Of a DNA stretch of 64,000 bases, positions 19,788 to 29,741 are shown in pieces. A program made the position numbers and the translations under genes. Position 1 is the stretch's first letter; each line of letters opens with the position of its first letter. This DNA comes from a bacterium. Lineage in GTDB: Bacteria; UBA8248. The stretch covers positions 96,001 to 160,000 of the forward strand of contig CBDBEV010000001.1 of assembly GCA_965204535.1 (NCBI GenBank). Direction: 5' to 3'. The notes beneath the pieces are model-generated. The model did not search any database. It saw only the letters and a program-made list of their open reading frames with translations, and was not told the origin of the DNA.

Positions 19788-21152
19788 TTAGGCGAGATGC
19801 GCCACCAGGACGCCCATCGCCTCGATATCATCCAGACTCGAGGCGGCCTCCAACAAAGCGTCTTGTGCGTCGGGCGGAATCACGCCGCCCGTAATCTGTC
19901 TGAATTTCCCCGCCACCATGTCGAAATCCATCGGGTTCTGGGGCGAGCCCTTGGGACCGGCGACGCGGCTCTTGAGTTCGCGGCCGTCACGAGTGCGAAT
20001 AGCCACTTTCGCGGGAAAGGTTTTGGGGTAGAGTTTCTCGATCTCAGGGTCCACCGTGAAGCGCGCCCGACGCGCCAGCGCTACGAGCTCCGGGTCGGCG
20101 ATTCGATCTGGCGTGAACTGTCCCGGTCCCGCTTCCCCGTCGGTGAGCGCGACCGCGGCGCAATACTCGATGTTCATCTGCGCGCGCAGCGAACTCACCG
20201 GCTCATAACGCCAGGAGCACTGTTGCTTCACCACGCTGTGGTTCATGATCTCCATTTCCTGTACGTCATCGGGCGCGACACCATGCTCCCTGCGCAGGGC
20301 GAGAACCGCGTCGATGGTCGAATGCGTGCTGCCGCAGCAGCAATAGGGCTTGAAGGAGACACCCTCCGCCTCCCAATGATCACCCAAGCCTCTCGTCAGC
20401 GGCTCAGGGTCTCCGCAGCCGCTGAACGCCCGGATGAACCCGCCGTCTTCGTACTCGAAAATTTCCTTGGGGCCCGTATAGCCCCCCTCGGCCAAAGCGG
20501 CGGCCAGGAGACCGCTTTGGGCCGCGCGGCCCGCATGAAAACGCTTCGTCTCGGAGCCATCGCACTGAAAGGCCCATGTCCCCGCCCCCTGGGTTCCCGC
20601 GAGACCCAATGCGTTGGCCGTCTGCTCGGGGGTCAATTTCATCAGGTGCGCCGCTGCGGCGGCGGCTCCAAAGGGACCGCACAGGCCCGTGAGGTGAAAC
20701 CCCCGCCTGCGCACCTCCAGGCAGTTGGCGGCGATGCTCGCGCGGATCATCGTTTCATAGCCCACGGCGCAAGCGGTCATGAACATCCTGCCGTCCGCGC
20801 CCATCTTCTCGGCAAGTGGATACGCGGCGGCGAAGACCACAGCGCCCGGATGGAGCTTCGCGCCGCTGTGGTAATCATCGAGTTCGAACGCGTGCATCCA
20901 GGTGCCCAGGCAAAGCGCCACGGGCCCCACCGGCCCGCGCCAGACGCTCTTCCACATGGTGGCCTCCGCGCTTCCGCCTTGTTCCTGAATGAAGCGAGAC
21001 AGTATGCGCCCCGATTCGGTGGTCGTGCCGTAGAGGCCGCAACCGACCGCGTCCAGAAAATACTTGCGCATGCAGGCGCGCAGGTTATCGGATAAATCAC
21101 CATAGGAAGTTTCGCTGATGAATCGCGCGAGTTCACGCGTGTGGCCGTTCAT
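19788..21152 (-). CDS. MmgE/PrpD family protein (second paralog)
   Basis: HAFELDDYH..LHPG, GFH, KRFHAG, FKPYCCC and PKGSPQNPM motifs. Confidence 0.9.
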   Translation of the reverse strand: MNGHTRELARFISETSYGDLSDNLRACMRKYFLDAVGCGLYGTTTESGRILSRFIQEQGGSAEATMWKSVWRGPVGPVALCLGTWMHAFELDDYHSGAKLHPGAVVFAAAYPLAEKMGADGRMFMTACAVGYETMIRASIAANCLEVRRRGFHLTGLCGPFGAAAAAAHLMKLTPEQTANALGLAGTQGAGTWAFQCDGSETKRFHAGRAAQSGLLAAALAEGGYTGPKEIFEYEDGGFIRAFSGCGDPEPLTRGLGDHWEAEGVSFKPYCCCGSTHSTIDAVLALRREHGVAPDDVQEMEIMNHSVVKQQCSWRYEPVSSLRAQMNIEYCAAVALTDGEAGPGQFTPDRIADPELVALARRARFTVDPEIEKLYPKTFPAKVAIRTRDGRELKSRVAGPKGSPQNPMDFDMVAGKFRQITGGVIPPDAQDALLEAASSLDDIEAMGVLVAHLA

Positions 21153-21159
21153 TTTGACC

Positions 21160-22035
21160 TCAATCCCTGGGTAGATATTCTGCTTCTATCGCATGATAGG
21201 CGTCATAATCCAGGAGTTCGTAAAGTTCTTTGCGCGTCATCATGTTGCCTAGATAATCCGACATCGTGCCCTTGGCTTTTAATTCGTCGAGCAGCAATTC
21301 GCCCGCCTTGAGCATCGCGCGCATGATGCTCACCGGAAACAGGACGAGCTTGTAACCCATCTCCCCGAAATCCGCTTTGGAGATATGAGGCGTCTTGCCG
21401 AACTCCGTCATGTTGGCGAGCAGCGGCCCCGGACAACGCTCGGCATACTCGACGAACTCATCGCGCGTTTCGAGCGCCTCGATGAATATGACGTCCGCCC
21501 CGGCTTCGAGCGCTGCATTGCCCCTTTCGACGGCTTCATCCATCCCGTGGACATATTTGGCGTCGATTCGCGCCATGACGGCGAAATCCGGGTCCGTTCG
21601 ATGATTCACGGCGGCGCGGATTTTTCCAATAAACTCTTCGCGGCTCACCACCTGTTTGCCGTCCAGATGGCCGCAGCGTTTGGGCAGCGCCTGATCTTCT
21701 ATCTGAATGCACGCAACGCCCGCCCTCTCGAAATCACGCACCGTACGCACGACGTTCACCGCGTTGCCGTAGCCTGTATCCACGTCCACCACCAGCGGGA
21801 CCTCCACGGCGTCGGCCATATACCTCGCATTCATGAGCACTTCGCTGAATGACGCCAACCCGTTGTCGGGCAACCCCGCCAGTGCGTTCACCACGCCCGC
21901 CCCGGACATATAGACGGCCTCGAATCCCTTGGAGGCGATGAGTCTGGCCGTCAGCGCGTCGTGCGCTCCGGGGATGATCGTCGCCCCCGGTCGTTCAAGA
22001 ATTTTTCTGAATTTTTTTCGTACCGAATCGGCCAT
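21160..22035 (-). CDS. prpB: Methylisocitrate lyase (ICL/PEP mutase superfamily)
   Basis: DVDTGYG, IEDQ..PKRCGH and LLANMTEFGKTP. Other superfamily substrates are possible. Confidence 0.78.
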   Translation of the reverse strand: MADSVRKKFRKILERPGATIIPGAHDALTARLIASKGFEAVYMSGAGVVNALAGLPDNGLASFSEVLMNARYMADAVEVPLVVDVDTGYGNAVNVVRTVRDFERAGVACIQIEDQALPKRCGHLDGKQVVSREEFIGKIRAAVNHRTDPDFAVMARIDAKYVHGMDEAVERGNAALEAGADVIFIEALETRDEFVEYAERCPGPLLANMTEFGKTPHISKADFGEMGYKLVLFPVSIMRAMLKAGELLLDELKAKGTMSDYLGNMMTRKELYELLDYDAYHAIEAEYLPRD

Positions 22036-22208
22036 ACGTCCTTTCTTCCCGGAAATAACGATAATTCAAACGATGATTTCGATTCTCGCCGAACCGCATC
22101 TTCTTCTTGATCTAAAACAACTTATCCGCCGTCCTGACCTCAAAGCAAGCACCCTTTATTCTTTCACATCAACCGGCGGCATCGCCATAGCACAAAGCCG
22201 ATTTTCCC

Positions 22209-22239
22209 TTGACAAACTGCCGACGAGAAGTGGCATAAT
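22209..22239 (+). promoter_or_regulatory. Putative sigma70 promoter for the TPR gene
   Basis: TTGACA (22209), 19-nt spacer including TG, then CATAAT (22234). Confidence 0.4.
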
Positions 22240-22277
22240 TTCAGCTGGCGTGGGGTTCGATCTTGGAGAGTAATGCG

Positions 22278-22814
22278 ATGACGGATGAAAACGAAGACGT
22301 GAGTTTCGACGAAAAGTATGAAGAAGAATCCAAGGTCAACTCCGACCTCAAGCGCGCTCTGGATCTTTTGAACCAGGGTGGCGTCGCCCACGCGAAAGGA
22401 GACCTCGACAAGGCCATCGAGTTGTACCGGGACTCCATCGCCTACTACCCCACAGCGGACGCGCACACCTATCTGGGCTGGATGTACAGCAAGCAGGGCC
22501 GACTCGAGGAGGCCATTGAGGAGTGCCACATGGCCATCGAGGTCGACGATGAGTTCGGAAACCCCTACAACGATATCGGCTGTTATCTCATGCAGTTGGG
22601 TGAACTCGACGAAGCGGCCGAGTGGCTCGAAAAAGCGAAGTCCGCGCCCAGGTACGAACCCCGCCATTTCCCCTACATGAACCTGGGGCGCATCCACCTT
22701 CAGAAAAAAGAATACGGCAAGGCGCAAGGGGAGATTTACGAGGCCATCATGCGCGCGCCCGAAGCGGAGGGTCTCAAAAAGAATTTTCTGGAACTGGTGT
22801 CGATGCTCAACTAG
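22278..22814 (+). CDS. Tetratricopeptide repeat protein
   Basis: PTADAHTYLGW, GNPYNDIG and PYMNLGRI TPR repeats. Confidence 0.85.
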   Translation: MTDENEDVSFDEKYEEESKVNSDLKRALDLLNQGGVAHAKGDLDKAIELYRDSIAYYPTADAHTYLGWMYSKQGRLEEAIEECHMAIEVDDEFGNPYNDIGCYLMQLGELDEAAEWLEKAKSAPRYEPRHFPYMNLGRIHLQKKEYGKAQGEIYEAIMRAPEAEGLKKNFLELVSMLN

Positions 22815-22827
22815 AAATCAACCCACG

Positions 22828-22864
22828 AAAAAAGCCGGCCTCATGGGCCGGCTTTTTCTTTTTC
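22828..22864. terminator. Bidirectional intrinsic terminator
   Basis: AAAAAAGCCGGCC-TCATG-GGCCGGCTTTTTCTTTTT between convergent genes. Confidence 0.85.
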
Positions 22865-22875
22865 GTGCTTAGGAC

Positions 22876-23328
22876 CTAGCCGGGAATCTTGTCCCTGCTG
22901 TCCTCTTCCATCCACTCGTTTTCCACATAGATGGTTTTGGCTGCGTCCCGGTTGGGGCAATTGCCGTACGTGAAGACGAGTTCGGCGTCCTCGGTTTCAC
23001 TCGGGTTGTAGAGACCGTGAATCTCGCCCGCCGCGCAATAGACGAACGTGCCCGAGGGCACCGTGTGCTCTTCCCTGTCCTCCCCCATCCAGACGATGAT
23101 CGGGCCCTTGACGATGTAGAACGTCGCATCGCAGACGTGGTAGTGCCTCTGGTTGCGGCCCTTGGGGGGAATGATGGTACGCCCCATCGTGATGGTCTGG
23201 GTGCCGGTGGCATTGCTGTCCACGCCCCACGCGATGATGAGGGGCGGCTCGTATTTCTTGTCTACGCCGATGGCCGTCGAATCGATGAGACACCAGCGCT
23301 GTTTCGTGGGTGCGGATATGGCTGACAT
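22876..23328 (-). CDS. Cupin domain protein
   Basis: HYH...FYIVKG and GEIHGLYN cupin motifs. Confidence 0.85.
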   Translation of the reverse strand: MSAISAPTKQRWCLIDSTAIGVDKKYEPPLIIAWGVDSNATGTQTITMGRTIIPPKGRNQRHYHVCDATFYIVKGPIIVWMGEDREEHTVPSGTFVYCAAGEIHGLYNPSETEDAELVFTYGNCPNRDAAKTIYVENEWMEEDSRDKIPG

Positions 23329-23441
23329 GGGTGCTCCTTTGTATTGGAAACGATGAGAAAATCCCCGTTCTCTCGGAGGTGTGGCCTAATCTAGTCGTTC
23401 ACTTCCCAGAGCGCAAGAGCGGAGCCGATGTGGGCGAGGAT

Positions 23442-24455
23442 TCACCCTTCCAGGAACAGCTGAACCTCGCTCAGGAGTTCCATCCTGCGCTTTTCCAGTT
23501 CCATGAAATGCGTGCCGTCGTTGATGATGACGTAGCGCTTGCCCCGGCTGTTGCAGAGCGCCTTGTATAGCCCCCAGGCTTCCGGATCAGCCGAGGCGCC
23601 GTCCTGATCACCCCGGATGAGCAAAACGGGACACGTAATCTTGCCCGCGTCATAAAGCGGTATGTTCCTCGCCCTATCGTACAGATCAGCCAGCGAGCCG
23701 TTCGCCAGCCGAAACGCGGGTGCCTTGCGCCTGGTACCTTCCGGATCGTAGCGAAGCAGTTCGCGAAAATAAGCCTTGAGTACTCTGGGATCGCGCCATT
23801 TGTGATGGGCATCTCCCCGTATGTGACCCCACCAGCGCTGGTGCACATCTTTTTCCGTGCACCACGACCAAGCACCTCGCCTCACGTCGAATTCGCCGGG
23901 CTTTCGGGGGTCTTCCATCTGCTTCGCGCGCTGGGGGTTGTCATAGGCGTAATATGGCGCATAAAGAACGAGTTTATGCACCTGCTTCATATTATCGGCC
24001 GCATACGCCGGGTTCGTCGTCGTTCCCCAGGAACGGCCCAGGATGCCGAGTTTGTTCACCCCACGCCGTTCGTAAATGAAGTCGACCGCCGCCTTGATAT
24101 CCCTAACGGCCACCTTCCCCGGAATTGCTGGGGGCTTCCCCTTAGGGCTTTCGCGCATCTCCCTCGGCCAGGTCGATTCCCCAAAACCCCGAATCGAAAG
24201 CGCGAAGACGTCGAACCCGCGGGAAGCGATATAATCCATCCATGAATAGCCGGGAACCGGCAAGTCGTAGGCCACGGGGCCGGGCGCCATCCGCCCGTGC
24301 ACCATGAGGAGCGTGGCCTGATCCTCGAATTTCTTCTTGCCCCTGGGACGTTTTTCTCTCAGGTGCAAAGTGATGCCGGGGTCAAGCGAATCGATGTAGT
24401 GATCGATTCGCTCCACTCCTTTCTGAGCCAAATTCTTTCGTGGGGCAGCGCTCAA
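23442..24455 (-). CDS. Alpha/beta-fold hydrolase
   Basis: VHG, RGFGES, GRSWG nucleophile elbow, GDQD and GTHF motifs. Confidence 0.85.
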   Translation of the reverse strand: MSAAPRKNLAQKGVERIDHYIDSLDPGITLHLREKRPRGKKKFEDQATLLMVHGRMAPGPVAYDLPVPGYSWMDYIASRGFDVFALSIRGFGESTWPREMRESPKGKPPAIPGKVAVRDIKAAVDFIYERRGVNKLGILGRSWGTTTNPAYAADNMKQVHKLVLYAPYYAYDNPQRAKQMEDPRKPGEFDVRRGAWSWCTEKDVHQRWWGHIRGDAHHKWRDPRVLKAYFRELLRYDPEGTRRKAPAFRLANGSLADLYDRARNIPLYDAGKITCPVLLIRGDQDGASADPEAWGLYKALCNSRGKRYVIINDGTHFMELEKRRMELLSEVQLFLEG

Positions 24456-24466
24456 ATCCAGATACC

Positions 24467-25414
24467 CTAATTTTTCAGGTGCGAATAATCCTGGTCATAC
24501 GCGGGCGGCAGTGCGCCTCCCTGGCCCTGAATGACGTGTAGCTTGCCCCATCCCCGGCCTGAATTGCGAAATCCGCGCTGTACGCCCGCGGGTGTCCAGC
24601 ACATGTCCCATGGACCGAGAACCTCTTGATACGAATCTCCTCTCTCATCGGTCCAGAACACCGTCCAGTCGCTCTCAAGAGGAATGAAGGCCTCTTCCAG
24701 GTCGGGGTGATCGTGCAGCGGAGCGCCGGAACCCACCCGGTTCTCGTTGATGACGAAGGAGAACTCTCCCTCCGACAGAGACGGGGGCGGACCCACGCCC
24801 TCGAGTTCACCGCCCACGTGTCCTATATAGCGGCGAATCCCCCGCACGCCCTCGGGCAGCGAGGTTTCATGATAGACCTGATAATTCTTGGGGCAATCAT
24901 CATAGCGCACCACCTGGGTGTGGGGATCGACGAAAGAAGCACTCTCGCTCGCCGCGTCCTCCCCATTTCCCTGAAACACGGGCGGCTCATACGCGCCGCG
25001 GCCATGTAGGTAGTAAAGAAATCCATCGTCATCCCCAATATTCCTGTAGCCGCGCATGACGCCGGCCGGCATCCGGATGGCGTCGTAAAGCCCGAGCTCG
25101 ACGTTTTTTATCTCTCTATCGCGCGGGTCGACCCAGAAGACTTCGAACGCTCCCTCCCACACCATGAAAACTTCCTCGAACCCATGGCTGTGGAGCGGCG
25201 CGCCGTTTCCGGGAGGCGCCATCACAATCCCGTTGGCGAATTCCCAGCCGGGGAGCGCCGCTTTGGGCTCTTTGTCGCGAGGTCCCCCGATATAGCGGTA
25301 AACGGCCCGGTGGTGCCCCTCCCCACGGGCATCGGGCGATGAATCCCAATCGGGCATGATCTCGGCGAAACGGATAATCGTTGTGGGTACGGCTCTGGAA
25401 ATATGTTTGGTCAT
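24467..25414 (-). CDS. Bicupin (two tandem cupin domains)
   Basis: GAPLHSH..EEVF...PAGVMRGYRN recurs as GAPLHDH..EEAF...PAGVQRGFRN. ATG 25414 follows GAGG. Confidence 0.82.
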   Translation of the reverse strand: MTKHISRAVPTTIIRFAEIMPDWDSSPDARGEGHHRAVYRYIGGPRDKEPKAALPGWEFANGIVMAPPGNGAPLHSHGFEEVFMVWEGAFEVFWVDPRDREIKNVELGLYDAIRMPAGVMRGYRNIGDDDGFLYYLHGRGAYEPPVFQGNGEDAASESASFVDPHTQVVRYDDCPKNYQVYHETSLPEGVRGIRRYIGHVGGELEGVGPPPSLSEGEFSFVINENRVGSGAPLHDHPDLEEAFIPLESDWTVFWTDERGDSYQEVLGPWDMCWTPAGVQRGFRNSGRGWGKLHVIQGQGGALPPAYDQDYSHLKN

Positions 25415-25439
25415 CTTCAAGCACCTCGCCGGTATCAGG

Positions 25440-26795
25440 TTATGGAAGCGCCGCGCCTTGATACACGCCTTCCGCCTCATACGCCTCATCCAGCAGGACG
25501 ACGGGATGCACCACCCGAAGGTCCATGCCCCGCTCGCGGGCACCGAACGCGATTTGAATCTGACAACCTGGGTTGCCCGTACAGACCACGGGCGCTTCGG
25601 AGTCTTTCACGTGCCCCATTTTCCTGTCGAGAAGCTGCATGGAAATCTCGGTCTGCGTGAGATTGTAGCTGCCGGCGGAGCCGCAGCACCAATCGCTCTC
25701 CTTGAGAGGCACCGACTCGACATTGCGGATCGCGGAAAGAACCTCGAGCGGCTCCTTGCGCACCCTGAGCGCGTGGAAAAGATGGCAGGGGTGGTGATAC
25801 GCGATTTTCCGGGGCGAAGGGTGATGCGCCTCTCTAACGCCGATTCTCGCGAGGAACACGGTTACGTCCATCGCCTTCTCGCTGAACGCCTCGGCCCGGC
25901 TCGCGTATACGGGATCCTTCGCGAGTAAATCCCTGTATTCATGGAGCATCGCCCCGCAACCGGAAACAGCCAGGACGACCGCGTCGAACCCGCCTGTGTC
26001 GATGGCGTCCAGGTTCTCTCGCGCGAGGATTCTCGCTGCCTCCCTGTCTCCGGCATGGGCCTGCAGCGCGCCGCAGCAGGTCTGCGAGGCGGGAAACACG
26101 ACGCGCACCCCGTTCGCCGCCAAAGCGCGTATGGCGGCCCGGTTCACGTCTCCGAACAAGGTGGATTGAATGCAACCGCCGAAGAAGGCGACGCGGTATT
26201 TTTCCTCGCCGATGGGCGCAACTTCAGGAGGAAGGGCCCTCATCGAGGATACGGGCGGGGCTTCGGGCATCATGGGTTCGAGCTCGGCCAGCTTTTTGGG
26301 CAAAAGACCCAGACCCCTCACTACGTTTTTCAAGAACGTGGTCTGATACAGCCGGGTGGCCACGCCCGCCAGATTAAGCAGCGTCCTGTTCGGCAACAGC
26401 CAGCGGAAGAGGATTCTCCTCAAAATCCGAACCGAGAGTGAGCGTTTTCGCACCTTTTCGAGTCCTTCGCGCGCCGCCTCGATCAAAGAACCATAGGGCA
26501 CACCCGATGGACACGCCGTTTCGCAGGCGCGGCAATCCAGGCAGCGATCGAGGTGTTTCATGACCGTCTCGTTCGGCGCCATCTCGCCGTCCGTCACCAT
26601 GCGCATGAGATAGATTCTCCCGCGCGGGGAGTCCATCTCGTTGCCAAGCAGCGTAAAAGTAGGACAACTCGTGCCGCAGAACCCGCAGTGGATGCAGCGC
26701 TGAATCATCTCCCTGTCGGGAGCATCCGGGCCGACGAAGGGATTCTCGTATTCGGGAAAAACCTGCGCGAAACTTGTTTTTTGCTCCGTGGCCAC
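25440..26795 (-). CDS. glcF: Glycolate oxidase iron-sulfur subunit
   Basis: CIHCGFC...CPT, CLDCRACETACPSGV, two CCG domains and CCGSAGSYN. Confidence 0.88.
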   Translation of the reverse strand: MATEQKTSFAQVFPEYENPFVGPDAPDREMIQRCIHCGFCGTSCPTFTLLGNEMDSPRGRIYLMRMVTDGEMAPNETVMKHLDRCLDCRACETACPSGVPYGSLIEAAREGLEKVRKRSLSVRILRRILFRWLLPNRTLLNLAGVATRLYQTTFLKNVVRGLGLLPKKLAELEPMMPEAPPVSSMRALPPEVAPIGEEKYRVAFFGGCIQSTLFGDVNRAAIRALAANGVRVVFPASQTCCGALQAHAGDREAARILARENLDAIDTGGFDAVVLAVSGCGAMLHEYRDLLAKDPVYASRAEAFSEKAMDVTVFLARIGVREAHHPSPRKIAYHHPCHLFHALRVRKEPLEVLSAIRNVESVPLKESDWCCGSAGSYNLTQTEISMQLLDRKMGHVKDSEAPVVCTGNPGCQIQIAFGARERGMDLRVVHPVVLLDEAYEAEGVYQGAALP

Positions 26796-26809
26796 TGAGG
26801 GCTTTCCTC

Positions 26810-28189
26810 CTAGGTCCGGCCCACGAAACGGCCGGGACTCAAAGTTCCCTTCGGGTCATAGGTTTTCTTGATGTTGCGCATCACCTGCAGCGCCCCGGGT
26901 TCGAGCGCGTCCTCACCCCACACGGATACCTGTTCCTTGAGCGAGTCCGGCCCCGAATCCAGGCGCAGGTGTACCGAGCGGGCCTCGCTTTCGTTCCTGC
27001 CTTCCCTGCAAAGTGAAGAGAAGACGCGCCACGCCTCAAGCGGAGAGGATTCCTCATCCTCAGGCGTTAGCCAAGAGCGCAGCACACCGCTTCCCGCGTG
27101 CGCCGATATGGCGGAGCGATATTTCCCCGCTTCAGCGGCTCGTCTCGTTGCTTCAGCGAAGCGGGGCAGCTGATCGAGACGGCCCGAGGCTCTGAGAGCA
27201 AGCACTTCGGGGCCGGAGAAATCTCCTCCCGGCGGGTCGGCCAGGGTGCGGCCTAGGCGCGAGGTCGCCTCATCATCAAGGTGAAAGATGTCGTCTCTGC
27301 CCTCTCTCGCGAGGATTTCCTCGAAGCGGGCCAATTGATCGTTCAGCCCTTCCTCAAAATCCCCGAAAGAAGCCACGAGACACACCGGGCCGGGCAAGGC
27401 GGCCCCGTCCTCTGGCGCCAGAGCGGCGATGCGCGCATCGTCCAGCACTTCTGCCCAAACGGGCATGAGGGGCGAGACCATCAGCGCCCTGGCCGCTTTG
27501 AACGCTGCGTCCGTGGACGGAAAAGAGGCCGCTCTCGCTCCAATGTGTTCGGGAGCCTTGTAGAGACGAATCGCCAGTTCGGTAACGACCGCGAGCGTCC
27601 CCCAGCTCCCCGACAAGAGGCGGTTCATGTCGTAGCCGGTGACGTTTTTCACCACCAGCGCGCCGTAGGTGTGGGTCGCGCCATCGGCCAGCGCCACCTT
27701 CATGCGCATCACGCGGTCGCGCGCCTTGCCCCAGCGCACCCGCATCGGGCCCGAACGATCCGCGATAATGGTTCCCCCCACGGTGGAGGCTCCCGGATAC
27801 GGGGGGTCGAGACCCGCCGTCTGGCCCTCGGCGCCCGTCAGCGCATCGAGCCCCTCGACGCTCATTCCCGCCTCCACAACGGCGGTAAGGTCGTCTTTCA
27901 AAAACTCCACCGCCTTCGACATACGCTCCAGCGAGAGCGCCACGTCGTACCTCTCGGGCGCATATCCCGTCCCCCTGCCCGTGCCTCCCCCCCAGGGGAA
28001 TACGGCCAAGCCCGCTTCATTCGCACGCGCGAGAACGCGGCATACGGCTTCATGGCCGGCGGGGCTCACCACGACCGAGGGCGCTTTGCCCCCCAGCCTG
28101 AACGATTCCGCTCTCTCATCCGAAAACAGAACGGAGTCGCCTAAATCTGTTTCTAAGGATTGGGCGAACGAATCGAGTTTGAGGGCCAT
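26810..28189 (-). CDS. glcE: Glycolate oxidase FAD-binding subunit
   Basis: VVKNVTGYDM..GSWGTLAV and C-terminal YDPKGTLSPGRF, located between glcD and glcF. Confidence 0.85.
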   Translation of the reverse strand: MALKLDSFAQSLETDLGDSVLFSDERAESFRLGGKAPSVVVSPAGHEAVCRVLARANEAGLAVFPWGGGTGRGTGYAPERYDVALSLERMSKAVEFLKDDLTAVVEAGMSVEGLDALTGAEGQTAGLDPPYPGASTVGGTIIADRSGPMRVRWGKARDRVMRMKVALADGATHTYGALVVKNVTGYDMNRLLSGSWGTLAVVTELAIRLYKAPEHIGARAASFPSTDAAFKAARALMVSPLMPVWAEVLDDARIAALAPEDGAALPGPVCLVASFGDFEEGLNDQLARFEEILAREGRDDIFHLDDEATSRLGRTLADPPGGDFSGPEVLALRASGRLDQLPRFAEATRRAAEAGKYRSAISAHAGSGVLRSWLTPEDEESSPLEAWRVFSSLCREGRNESEARSVHLRLDSGPDSLKEQVSVWGEDALEPGALQVMRNIKKTYDPKGTLSPGRFVGRT

Positions 28190-28196
28190 GGGTATC

Positions 28197-29642
28197 CTAC
28201 TTCGTCATTCCCCCGCCCATCCGGGCGATGGCGCCGCTGTGAGCAACCGGGAACACGTTTTCCTCATCGGGTATGAGTTTGCCGGGGTTCATCAGGCCGT
28301 CCCCGTCGATGGCGTCGCGCACGCGCTCCATAATCTCGAGCGTGGGTTCGTCGAACTGATCCTTCATCTCCCTGATCTTCTCGATGCCGATGCCGTGCTC
28401 GCCCGAGAGCACGCCCCCGGCCCGGATGCAAGCACGAAGCACCTCCGAGCCGCACTCAATTGCCCGCTCCGTTTCTCCGGGCACCCGATCGTCGAACAAG
28501 ACGTTGGGATGCAGGCTCCCGTCTCCGGCATGAAACACGTTGGTGATGCGTAAATTATAGCGGGCGGATATCTCATCGAACTCCTCGAGCACCTGCGCCA
28601 GCTTTGAGCGGGGAACCGTGCCGTCGAGACAGTAGTAGGTAGGCGCAATGACCCCGAAGGCGCCGAACGCCTTTTTCCGGCCCATCCACAGACTCTCGCG
28701 CTCTTCTTCTGTCTGTGCGATCCGGAACGAGGAGCAATTGTTCTTCTCGCTTATCTCGCGAATGAGAGTCTCAAGCGGTTTGATGGAAGACGGCAAGCCG
28801 TCGAGTTCGATCAGCAAGACGGCCTCGGCGCCCTTGGGATAACCCGCCTTGACCACAGTCTCGACCGCCTCGATGGTGTAGCGATCCATCAACTCCATCG
28901 CGGCGGGCACGGCGCCTGCGGCAATGACGTCGCTCACCGTCCGGCACGCATCCCCCACCTGCGAGAAACAAGCGAGCATGGTGCGCACGCTCTCGGGGTT
29001 CGGCGTGAGCCGCACGGTGAGTTCCGTGATGACGGCGAACGTGCCCTCGGAACCAACGAAGAAACCGCGCAGGTCCAGACCCGGCGCATCCTCCCCGTCG
29101 GCGCCCAGATGCACCACCTCGCCCGTCGGCAAGACGACGGTCATCTCCATAATGTGGTTCGTCGTCATTCCGTATTTCAGGCAATGCGCGCCGCCGGCAT
29201 TTTCCGCCGTGTTGCCGCCGATGGTGCAGGCCGCCTGACTGGAAGGATCGGGCGCGTAATGAAAGCCGTGCGGCAGGGTCTCCCGCGACAGATGAAGGTT
29301 CACCACACCAGGCTGCACGCGCGCGAGGCGGTTAACGTAGTCGAGTTCCAGGATCCTGTTCATCCGCGTGAAGACGATGAGCACGCCGCCCGGCAGGGGC
29401 GTCGCTCCTCCCGAGAGGCCCGTGCCCGCGCCCCTGGCGATTAAAGGTACGCGGTACTCGCGGCAGATTTCGACGATTTGACGGACTTCCTCGGTGCTCT
29501 CGGGCAAAACGACGGCTGAGGGGATGCCCTTGTAAATCGTGAGGCCGTCGCAATCATACGTCCTGAGCGCTACCGGATCGGTGTGGATGAATTCCTCCCC
29601 CACGACGTCGGTCAGCTTTTGAATGAATTTAGCGCTATCCAC
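28197..29642 (-). CDS. glcD: Glycolate oxidase FAD-linked subunit
   Basis: RGAGTGLSGG, YAPDPSSQ, ENAGGAHCLKYG, HAGDG.LHP, GEHGIG.EK and MNPGK. GTG start at 29642 is inferred. Confidence 0.9.
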   Translation of the reverse strand: MDSAKFIQKLTDVVGEEFIHTDPVALRTYDCDGLTIYKGIPSAVVLPESTEEVRQIVEICREYRVPLIARGAGTGLSGGATPLPGGVLIVFTRMNRILELDYVNRLARVQPGVVNLHLSRETLPHGFHYAPDPSSQAACTIGGNTAENAGGAHCLKYGMTTNHIMEMTVVLPTGEVVHLGADGEDAPGLDLRGFFVGSEGTFAVITELTVRLTPNPESVRTMLACFSQVGDACRTVSDVIAAGAVPAAMELMDRYTIEAVETVVKAGYPKGAEAVLLIELDGLPSSIKPLETLIREISEKNNCSSFRIAQTEEERESLWMGRKKAFGAFGVIAPTYYCLDGTVPRSKLAQVLEEFDEISARYNLRITNVFHAGDGSLHPNVLFDDRVPGETERAIECGSEVLRACIRAGGVLSGEHGIGIEKIREMKDQFDEPTLEIMERVRDAIDGDGLMNPGKLIPDEENVFPVAHSGAIARMGGGMTK

Positions 29643-29741
29643 CTGAAAACCCTCACGGCGCTTCCTGAATGACGAAAAACCCTTTAGAGTACGCCACATT
29701 ATACCCATGCTTCGGAAAAAAACGAAGAGAAAGGCGACTTC

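Noticed and set aside
22241-22266. GGTTCGATC T-loop-like motif suggesting a tRNA
   Set aside because: There is no cloverleaf or acceptor stem, and it lies in the 5' region of the TPR gene.
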